Below are positions 12,276-24,200 of a stretch of 64,000 nucleotides of DNA, one piece after another (positions within the stretch are counted from its first letter, which is position 1; each line of letters begins with the position of its first letter). Source of the DNA: Haliotis cracherodii. Its lineage: Eukaryota. A program made the position numbers and the translations under genes. The stretch lies in assembly GCF_022045235.1 (NCBI RefSeq), contig NW_027266264.1, positions 80,476,001-80,540,000 on the forward strand. Direction: 5' to 3'. The notes beneath the pieces were generated by a model. The model made no database searches and was not told the origin of the DNA. It worked only from the letters and a program-made list of their open reading frames with translations.

Positions 12276-15200
12276 ATGTTCCCATCAAGTTCTCCTCGTA
12301 TGCGACACGGCATACCTCAAAATGAGCTGAACGCACATATACACAGAGGGGTGCAGGTTACTCACCATGGTTTTACTCATGAAAATGCACCTCACGTTCA
12401 GCACATTGGCCTTCCGCCACCACCGAATTTCTCACAGGTATTCCAGCATGGCCCCCAAAACATGACAGTCGGGAGACCGTCGATGGCTGGACCTGATGTC
12501 CCCTTTTTTGATGCACAACCACCAACTATCATGGGTCCACCCCATTCTGGGCAGCCTGTACATCAAGCTATGTTTCAAACGTCAAATCCGAACTTACAGT
12601 TTCCTAACACATCGGATTTAGGGCCAAGGATGCCACCGCCCTTTCCCAATGTGAGAGAATCGCCTCACGAGACATTAGATTTTAATCAACGAGCTGATAT
12701 GAATATACGAAGTGCAGCACCTCCAGGGTTTAATCAACCACCTTTCTTGATTGGAGAGAATGGCATACCTAAAAGTAACAGTTCAAACAGTAACTATCAT
12801 TCATTCCAACCACCACCAATGACTTATGGAAATGTCACCTCCTCAAATATGAGAGGTCCTGGTAACATGTCTGCAGGGATGATGCCTGTACATTCAGCAC
12901 AGCACAGAATGGATCCTATGGACATGAGGAACAATAAACATGACCATATGCCTGGTCACAATATAATGCAGTATCTAACAGATGATGAAGATAAATCTGA
13001 CTCTTACTATGACAAATATCAAAGAGAAAATGATCAGAATTGGGTACAGAATTGGTTAAAGAAACATGGGAAATTGAAAACAATGCCATTACATAAGAAA
13101 TCTTCGGAAATATCAACAGTGGAATACAAGGTACATAACCATGCATCCATATGGATTGTTTTTAGCACATACTTCATGTACTTAGCTGAAATGATATCAT
13201 TGATCTACTGTTCATAGAGACGATAAGTCCAACTTACTCTCAAGAAACACTTGCAAAATCCATCTTGATATCAACAGCAGTGTTTCATATTGCAGGAAAT
13301 ATAAATAGGATTACTTTCAAGATCAAACAATAGGATGTTTTATTTTGGGGATTGAAAACTTGATGCTTGAACATGTTTAACACATGCTGAAATTAGATAT
13401 CTTGGGGATTCTAAGGAAATGGACATTGATAGCAGAGCTCAAGATAAGCTGCGTATCTGCGTAAAATTTGCTTCAGAAATGCAGAAGTACGCAGTAAAAT
13501 AAAATCCAAGCTTATCAAATACGTAATAAACTTTACAGATACGCTAAAAAAATTAAACTTGTGCTTATCATCAAAATATTGTGAAGTAACCCTGCGTATT
13601 CGATTAGCAAATCAGCAACTTATTTTGAAATTATGTACGGACATTCCATCAACCTTGCCAAACTCCACGATTACAGTTACATCATGATCATTTGCCATCA
13701 CACTTTCTTGTGGAAGTATCGCGTTATTTTTGAGTCCTATAAAGCTCTCGAACCCACACAACACCAGTTTGCAGGGACTAGATCATGTAGATGAATATCG
13801 TTTTTAAATATTTAACTTAAATACCCACATGTGTAAAAACTAGTGGGTAACAGAAATTTGAATACCCAGACAGAATTACTGATACTCAATGATTTTAAAA
13901 TGCACCAAAAGCCAAAAGCTTATCTGGAGCTCTGTGATAGCAAATATGTTTTTATGTTCATCTCATAGAGTACCTCTGTCTCCCTTATTTGGTATCTAAA
14001 TACCCTAAGCGCGCAAAGAATAGCTAACATAATTCATGTCAAATTGATAATTTCATGTATAACTAGTTCCCAGATGTCCAGAAGGCATTCCATCAGAGCA
14101 TCCTCCTCTTGGCCAAACTGCACCATCAGTATCAATCTCTGGAGACGCTGACCAACACAGCTGACCCCCAGGTGTGGGAGTCTGAGAAGAATCTGACAGA
14201 GGAGTATAAGGTAAACCCGGAATAGTGCAATGTCATCATGGATATTCAAAACAATGATACTTCTTGACTTAGAGTAGTGCTAGTAGTGGGGACCTTGAAG
14301 ATCCAGGGTAGAATAGGTCTTCAACAACCCATGCTTGTTAAAAAAAGTTGACTATGCTTGTAGTTAAAGTGACTAACGGGATTTGGTGGTCAAGCTTGCT
14401 GACTTAGTTGATGCATGTCATCTTATCCCAATTGCATGGATCAATGTTCATTACGTCAATCACTGGATTGTATGGTTCAGTCTCGATTATTTAGAGACTG
14501 CCATCATAGCTGAAAATTTGGTTTTCCAGCTGCTTTTCCAGCTGCTTTTCCATTGTTTACAGATCTTACAATATATTGTCACAAACTTTATTGGACATTG
14601 TTGGAAGTAAGATGCAATGTCATGTTTTTTTCTCAGTTATTTTCTTTATTATCTTGACAAACAATTATAGTTTTGAAGAAAAAAAATTGTGTAAACTCCA
14701 AATAGGCATAAGAATATGAAGAAGAGGTCAAACTAAGCATGGTGTAAGTCAGCATGGTGAAGTGCAATGAAACTAATTTTCATGATGAAATAATTATCTG
14801 TGTTCTGTATACTAGAAATTTAGTTTACCCATGATGAATGATGGAACTCGATTCTGAAGCAATGAACCTATTGAAAGTCTTCTGAGCTGGATAATCAGCC
14901 TTTTTGGCATTCTGTGGCAGAATAGATCCCCTGTACCCCATTGTAACAGCAGATTATCACATGGATAAGTTGTAGCAATGTGTGACTTGGTTGATTCAAC
15001 TTGATTGTCCCTGTACTTCGATGCTGTCAGCCATCTGTTGCGTTAGCAGGGGCGACTTCCTGTGCAGAGTTGCGTCCCTTGGGCACTCCAGAAACCTATG
15101 ATTGTGGGTTCGAATCCTGGTTCGCCCCGATTATGTTTCAAGGTTTGTCAGCACCATACCCGTGCTCGTGGGTTTCACCGAAGTGGTAAACGTCTGTGAC

Positions 15201-18200
15201 CTGCATCACTTCGGGCTTTCCTCCCACATTAAGCTGACACGCCGTGATATAACTGGAATACTGTTAAAAGCAGCGTTAAACCCTACTCACTCACTCACTC
15301 ACTGTTGCGTTAGCCAGACTAACAGCTTGCAGTAAGAACAGGGCACTGCATTGTACTGTGTAGCTGGGATTTGCTTTCTTTCATCATAAGACAACTCATC
15401 CTTACCCTGTTTCATGTACTAAATCATGAGTAAATAGTAGGTATTGACTACTTCTGGATAATGAAGTTTATCCTTTTGAAATTGGAATGTCATAAAATGT
15501 GTAGATGCTATGATTTGTGTTTTACTCAGGACAAGTGCATGGATGTCTACAAGTATCTCAACAACGACGAAATGTTGGCAACTATCAAGTCAAAAACACA
15601 AGCAAGACGGAGAAAGAGGGTAGGTTCATAGCTTCATTTGATGAAATTGATGACACTTTGTCTACTAACTATTTAATGAACTGTGAACATGTTTCTTGTA
15701 TTCATTATTGTTCATCTTTGTATTCTCAAGTGATATTGATCATGTTGATAGCTGATCTTATTGATAATGCTATAATATTCTAGTGGAGACATCTTGTCAT
15801 GTTTTACCCTCATCATGCTCATAGTCACATAGTTAATGTACTGAAGAGTTATTCATTGGTTAAGACAATTTTGCGAAAATTATTTAAAGAAAGAATCTTT
15901 CATTGAGGATGCACTTCATGAAGTTTTGTCATGTTTACTAAGTAACATGTTGGGACATCTTGAAGCATTCACTGATTTATCATGTTTATGATTTTTTTTT
16001 CTTTCAGTAAGTGTCAACTTAACTGGCTTCAGTCTTGGTTGTGTTTCAGTATTGTTCTCTTGACTGAGACAACTTTTTGATCTAACCTACTGTATCCTTT
16101 ATGTTTGTATCCTTTATCATGTACCATGGATGTGCCGTGGACACTTGTATCTCAGCTCTCCATGTTGTACTGTTGGAAGGCTAAACCTTCCCAGGGGGCG
16201 AAATAGCTATGGCTAAACCTTTCTGGAGAAGGAACGTGCTAGATCTTCACTGCTCAAATTTATGATTTATCTTAGGGGGGAAAGGTTCATTCTAGGCCCA
16301 GAACTGGCCCATGATGAGATAGAACTGGCCCATGATGAGATAGAACTGGCCCATGATGAGATAGAACTGGCCCATGATGAGATAGAACTGGCTCATGATG
16401 AGATAGAACTGGCAGAGGTTGGAGTCAAGATAGGGGAAGATCTGGCCTTGGGTGACCCTTCCCCACCTCTATTCGAGACTATAACTACCCTGGGGAAGAA
16501 CTGGCCAGGGTGATGTTTCGTCCACTTACACCGGTACACAGTGGAATCTTTTTCATTTGGAAATGAAATTAGCGGTTTTCTAAACCCTCAAGCACTGGGA
16601 GTCTTTAGCACCTTACTGTTTTTGGTGTACATATTTTGTTCTCATTTGTTAAGCTTTGAAATATGTTAGCCCATTGGAATAAAATAAATAGGACTGAAAG
16701 TATTCACAGATCTATCTGTGATCGAATCTTGTTCCATAATTCACTTAGTTTAAGAAGTATCCTGAGGTCATCATGGTCATCCTATGTTATATTTTAGAGG
16801 TGTAACGATACGGCGATACATTAGCGTATCCCGATACAAGGCCTATGATACAAAACATAGATTTACAACCTGTATATCACAATACGAAAGATGCATTACG
16901 TCACAGTATATGTCGTAAAGCATGTGAATAACAAAAGATACTGCAGATTCTCTAGTATTTCTCAGTTGGCTATAAACAGCATAACATTCCTCATTTAGGT
17001 CCCCTCTAGTGTATTGCACCTATAGAATCGTGATTGACGGGATACATACATCGCAACCCCACCCAATTGCTAGACCTATATTACATATATCAGTACATGT
17101 TGCAGCACATATAACAAGAAGTTGGGCGGTCAGGTAACCTAGTTGTTAAAGCGTTCGCTCGTCACGCCGAAGACCCGGGTTCGATTCCCGACGTGTACAA
17201 TGTGTGAAGCCCATTTGTGGTGTCCCCGCCATGATATTGCTGGAATATTGCTAAAAGCAGCGTAAAACCATTCTCACTCACTTACTATAACAAGAAGTGA
17301 TATGACAATGAACTGTTCAGTGGTCTTGCCAGTGTTGTAGTTAGTATGACAGTCATTTGTGAGCCTAAGAACGGTTACAAGAAGTAGCTTCTTTCTCACT
17401 CTTACACACACACAATATTGATGTGTGTTGTAGACTAGTGTGCTTGACCCAGGATTATGTTGTCAATACCAAAACATTTTGGTGAACAACTCTGACTAGA
17501 GACAAACTAGTCATGGATCAACTTACGTCAGCTCACACTGACAACATTGACAGAAATATAATTAATTAACAAACACCTTAATTCAGTAGTCCTCAGAGTG
17601 TGGCTAGTCCTGCTTGAACAAATAAGAAATGTTTACATATTCTGTTTTATTCTAAATTGTAGCAATATTGAGAACTGTTTCAGAATTATAGCCATTACAG
17701 CTTTTGTTCAAATTTTATTTCCTATGGTCTACTGATGATGAAATAGGTTTTAATTTTTGTACTAGAACACGTTTTAGAATGTATGTAGTGTATGATCTCA
17801 GTAATCATATTGAGTAAGAATATTGACTTCACTGTATCAACAAGCTCAGCTGCATCTCACCCCTATTTGGGATAGTGTTCAGCATGTGCAACAGCAACAA
17901 ACAATAATGGATTATGGTTATGTGAATGCAACAATTGCCTTGTGGGTCAGGTCCAAGTGATCTATGTAGGCTTCATTGCTGTCTGGAGCTTGGTAATGAA
18001 TGGTCTAAAATCTTTAACGTCTCTGTATGGAGCTTGGTAATAGCCTGACATATACATCCCTGTATGGAGCTTTGTATGATCAAGACATGTACATCCCTTT
18101 ATGGAGCTTGGTAATAGCCTGACATATACATCCCTGTATGGAGCTTTGTATGATCAAGACATGTACATCCCTTTATGGAGCTTGGTAATAGCCTGACATA

Positions 18201-21200
18201 TACATCCCTGTATGGAGCTTTGTATGATGAAGACATGTACATCCCTGTATGGAGCTTGGTAATAGCCTGACATATGTACATCCCTGTATGGAGCTCAGTA
18301 ATAGCCTGACATATGAACGTCCCTGTATGGAGCTTTGTAAGATCAAGACATGTACATCCCTGTATGCCTGACATATGTACATCCCTGTTTGGAGCTTGGT
18401 AAGAGCCTGACATATGTACATCCCTGTATGGAGCTTGGTAATAGCCTGACGTATGTACATCCCTGTATGGAGCTTTGTATGATCAAGACATGTACATTCC
18501 TGTATGCCTGACTTATGTACATCCCTGTATGGAGCTTTGTATGATCAAGACATGTACATCCCTGTATGTCTGACACATGTACATCCCTGTATGGAGCTTG
18601 GTAATAGCCTGACATATGTACATCCCTGTATGGAGCTTTGTAAGATCAAGACATGTACATCCCTGTACGGAGCTCAGTAATAGCCTGACATATGTACATC
18701 CCTGTATGGAGCTCAGTAATAGCCTGACATATGAACGTTCCTGTATGGAGCTTTGTATGATCAAGACATGTACATCCCTGTATGGAGCTCAGTATAGCCT
18801 GACATATGAACGTTCCTGTATGGAGCTTTGTATGATCAAGACATGTACATCCCTGTATGCCTGACATATGTACATCCCTGTATGGAGCTTGGTAAGAGCC
18901 TGACATATGTACATCCCTGTATGGAATTTTGTAAGACCAGAACATGTACATCCCTGTATGGAGCTTTGTAAGATGAAGACATGTACATCCCTGTATGGAG
19001 CTTTGTATGATCAGAATATGTACATCCCTGTATGGAGCTTGGTAATAGCCTGACATATGTACATCTCTGTATGGAGCTTGGTAATAGCCTGACATATGTA
19101 CATCCCTGTATGGAGCTCAGTAATAGCCTGACATATGTACATCCCTGTATGGAGCTTGGTAATAGCCTGACATATGTACATCCCTGTATGGAGCTCGGTA
19201 ATAGCCTGACATATGTACATCCCTGTATGGAGCTTGGTAATAGCCTGACATATGTACATCCCTGTATGGAGCTTGGTAATAGCCTGACATACGTACATCC
19301 CTGTATGGAGCTTTGTAAGATCAGAACATGTACATCCCTGTATGGGTCGAATGTCGAAGCGCAATGGGCGCTTTGTGGATCAGGCTGTATTGAGACTGGT
19401 GTTACAGATGCGGGTAAAGAGACGCAAGAAGGAGGAGTATGAGATGAAGGTGGCAGCAGATGAAAAGCGAGACCAGCGTCATAAGCAGCTGGAGGAATGG
19501 AGGGAGAAGATGACACAGCAGGCTGAACAGGAGAAACAGGTGAAGACAATGATGGGGTTGTTGTAATCTGTAGATTTGGTGTGATACAATTTTCCTAATT
19601 TTATTTTGATACTGAACTGAACTCTGAATTGATATTGAACTTGAAAATATTGATTATTGTCAGCCAAATTTGCTGAGAGAGTGACGTCCAGGTTCCTCCT
19701 CAGTTACATCCTAGTCGACCCGTGAAGATCCAGGTTAGAATAGGTCTTCAGCATCCCATGACAGCCGTAAATGGCGACTATGCTTGACAGTAGAGGCGAC
19801 TAACGGGATCGGGTGGTCAGACTTGCTGACTTGATGGTTCATGTCATCGTATCCAAATTGCGTAGATCAAGGGTAGACCATCATACAGCTGGAATATTTC
19901 AGAAAGCGGTGTTAAACAACAAACAAACAAACATCCAGCTCCTCCCCAGTTACATCAAGGTCCTCCCCAGTTACATCCAGGTCCTCCCCAGTTGCATCCA
20001 GGTCCTCCCCAGTTGCATCCAGGTCCTCTCCAGTTACATCCAGGTCCTCATCGATTACATCCAGGTCCTCATTGGTTACATCCAGGTCCTCATTGGTTAC
20101 ATCCAGGTCCTCATCGATTACATCCAGGTCCTCATTGGTTACATCCAGGTCCTCATTGGTTACATCCAGGTCCTCATTGGTTACATCCAGGTCCTCATCG
20201 ATTACATCCAGGTCCTCATTGGTTACATCCAGGTCCTCATTGGTTACATCCAGGTCCTCATTGGTTACATCCAGGTCCTCATTGGTTACATCCAGGTCCT
20301 CATCGATTACATCCAGGTCCTCATTGGTTACATCCAGGTCCTCATTGGTTACATCCAGGTCCTCATCGATTACATCCAGGTCCTCCTCAAATACATCCAC
20401 AGTCACGTCAAATGATATCATGGATATTTTTCAGAAAGAAGAGTTGAAGAAGTCAGCTGATGCCACTCTGAGTTCTGTCAGGAAGAAGATCTCTGATGCC
20501 AAGAAGACACAGGACTTCTTGAAGGCCCTCCAGAAGCTGCGGAAAGTCAGGAGAGTTGCCGCCATAAACCAGGGTGAGTGTGAGGCACACGTAGGAGTCT
20601 TCACCTCTAGCCACAGGCCATTACCAGAGTTGAGATATATGTCATTTGCTTTAGTCATTTCATGAGTCCATATATTAGCACTACCAAATACCAAGAGAGA
20701 AATGTGCTGACAATCAAACTTTTTTCAAAGACTGCCCAAGGACACCATGACAACATTTAGGAACTTGATGTCATATGCAATGTAAACATTTTGGGAAGTC
20801 TGAGACTTGAGCCACGTGCCAGAAGTCGAAGTCTTTTCAAATTTCATGAGCTCAGCTTATGGCAACCAATATGTAATGTATAGAATTATTCTTGTTGTTA
20901 TCTTGACAATCTGAGATGGTAAAACACAATGTAATCTTGACAGTGTGATGTGATACATTCATGGTCATCTTGTGTTATTGACAGTGTGATGTGGTACATT
21001 CATGGTCATCTTGTGTTATTGACAGTGTGATATGGTACATACATCGTCATCTTGTGTTTTTGACAGTGTGATGTGATACATTCATCGTCATCTTGTGTTA
21101 TTGACAGTGTGATATGGTACATACATCGTCATCTTGTGTTATTGACAGTGTGATGTGGTACATTTATCGTCATCTTGTGTTATTGACAGTGTGATATGGT

Positions 21201-24200
21201 ACATACATTGTCGTCTTGTGTTATCTGCAGGCCGCTATGCCTCGGATGTATATGACAACAACTTTGAGAAGAAGATGAAGCTGCTGACCTCACTGATAGA
21301 GACGCAGCAGACAGTGTACGAGAGTGAGGAGAGGACGCTCAAGGTGCTGTCTGGTTTCGTAACATTTACGTAGATCGTAGTAATGTTTCAACAGTGAAAG
21401 TGTCTGACGTAGTCCCCTCCGACATCATTGTCCAAATGTACATTGCCACGGATAAGTTCAATGACTGATATGTTGTAGGTGATGCTGGATACAGTGGAGG
21501 AGGAGACGATGGAGCGAGACAAGGAGATTAAACGCTTGAAGGAACTTGCCAAGGAGAAGCGAGACAAGAAACTTGCTATGGAAAAACTGTTTGGGAAAAA
21601 AGGCAAGTTGTTGTGGTCTGATAATATGTTGATCATTGTTAAAGGTCAGCCCAAGTTAGGTACAGGATATTTCTTACTTTTATTCAGTAATTTGCTTTTA
21701 TGTTAATAATATGTATTCAGTTCAGTTAAGGATTAAACTGATTCTTACATGAAAATATTGACTGGGTATATCTGTAGATCATAAAAATGATTTCAGTTCA
21801 TTCGAAATGAGTTCTAGCTATCAGATTTATATGCTATATTGACTGCCTGGGTCCTGTGAAGATTCCAGATTAGAATAGGTCTTCAGCAACCCATGCTTGT
21901 CGTAAGAGGCGACTAACGGGATCGGGTGGTCAGACTCGCCGACTTAGTTGATGCATGTCATCGTATCCCGACTGCCTGGATTGATGCTTATGATGTCAAT
22001 CACTGGATTGTCTGTTCCAGACTTGATTATTTACAGACCACTGTCATGTAGCTGAAATATTACTGAGTGGGGCGTTATGCAACAAACAAACTGCCTGGTG
22101 TGCAGTATGGTAACCCACGTCTCTTCACTGACATCTAAGATTCATCTCTATTGATTGCCACGTTTAACCCTCTTGGTGCCACGGGACCATATATGGTCCC
22201 TCACTTTTCACACCCGCATAGTGCCAGGGGACCATATATGGTCCCGAGAAAATGCCCTTTTTAAACTGTGAATTTTGATATTTAACACTCAGTGCGCAAA
22301 GTCAAAACTATAACCATCATCACCCCAATCATCTTAGCTTTAACATCGTATAACTCATACTTTATACAATGCTACGGATTGCGAAATATGGCGAGATTGG
22401 TAAAGTGGCTACCGCTCTTCTCGGCCTTTTTCTGCCATGTTTGAACAGCAAGCGAATGACGGCGAATTTTGATTATGCACCCATGTCACATACACGTAAA
22501 TATTTTCAGACAAAATCCTTGTTCATAAGAAAAAATATGACCTGAGTGATCAGAAAGACATATTTTTCCCAACTGTATACTTATTCACGTAAATACAATT
22601 CTGTTCACTCCTTATGAACAAGTTTATTTACACGTTTTGTATATTTTTATTGACTATCGGTAATGGCCGGTACACATGAGAAAACGACAGTGTATATTTC
22701 CATTACATTTATGACGTACATTGAATGAATTTATAACCATCATCACCCTAATCATCTCAGCTTCAATATCGTGTAACTCATATTTTATGCAGTGCTACGG
22801 ATTGCGAAATATGGCGAGATTAGTAATGTGGTTACTGCGCTTCTCGATCTTTTTCTGCCATGTTTGAACACCAAGCGAATGAAGGCAATGTTTATTATGC
22901 ACCCATGTCACATACACGTAACTATTATTATATCAGACAGCCAATTTGAAAAAGAAATCTGATCGGACTGATCAGAAAGATTTACTTGTCCCCACTGTAC
23001 AGTTATTGGCGTAAGAGTACTAACGTTTAGTCGGCCGCGGAAGTTTTTTGTTCAAGTATTGCATATGTTTATCGACTGTGTGTCATGGCGATTTAGCACG
23101 GCGATGCATACCAACCGACAGTGCAGATTGTCTTTTTGTTTATGATGCTGAATTACAGAAAATATTCAAATCAAAGATATGGAAATATAGCTATAATCGT
23201 TAATATTAAGTTGGTATTGTGTATATTTATGGGCAGGAGGTTCATGATCAAAACCTAAACATTGAATGGCCAAGCCCGAAGTGATCGACAGGGCACGTTC
23301 GCCTCATATCTGTGCCGCGATTTCTTGTTTACGGGTTGTCCTTCATACTTGCCCGTTCAGACAAATAACTGCTACTTTTTTCATATGAAATGACTAAGAG
23401 TCATGTGTGATTGCTCAAACTACCTGACCGTGTGAGTGACTTGCCCTAACTGTTTCACATTTTGTCGCAAATGGAGATTTCAGAAGTGTGGCCACGACAT
23501 CTAACGTGAGTCGACGCCATATTGTAAACAAAATGTGTCAAGGTCGGTTCCACAAGTGGTAGCTCGGGCCCCGTTTCTGTCGATAGTACACGCGATACAA
23601 ACATAATTCAACTACTGAAAACATCAACATAACTTCTACAATGATGACATCAATACCTTTTTGTATTTGGATTAACCGCTTATGGATACGATGTGCTTTT
23701 AAGTTCAATTTCGATTTGTTTTTCCTTTCATTGAAACTGTGATAATGGCGGTGTGATTGGTTTGCTGAAATAGTATTTTCCATGAGTCTAATGTACATGG
23801 TACATGTTGTGATTGTAGAAGATAATTGATAACCAATTGTGTATGCATATATATCATCAAATACACATTACTAATCTCTTCAGAAAATGGAATATATTAT
23901 AGCTCGTTTTCAAACATTCTGCTATGGATATTAGATCAAAAAATGATATTAGATTTACAAATTATTTATGCACACTGTACTCGCGATTAACGTATGATAA
24001 TCTATTGCAAGTCTTCAACTCTTATTTGATATGTCATCTGAAATGTCAGCAATGAGTACAATTAATTTTATTTCGTTACAATCTGCAATTTTATTCAAAC
24101 AGGCTAATAGACGGTCGGTGATTTCCCGCCGCTGTGAATTTGTCGTCTGGACAGGTGCGCGTGATTTGACCTCGCGTGTTGTGACGTGGATGACGTCACA

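Noticed and set aside
17124-17200. tRNA-Asp gene (also at 38379, 43125, 44903, 52345) and tRNA-Leu/Ser-like heads
   Set aside because: These are SINE heads: no proper acceptor stem, fused to body and tail, most with TSDs.
16092-19407. A genuine U12-type intron starting at GTATCCTTT
   Set aside because: No TTCCTTRAC-like branch point near the exon 4 acceptor, and exons 3 and 4 already join in frame through GT-AG U2 sites.
18099-20447. Repetitive ORFs overlapping PDCD7 introns 3-4
   Set aside because: Translations of the 39-bp and 21-bp minisatellites.
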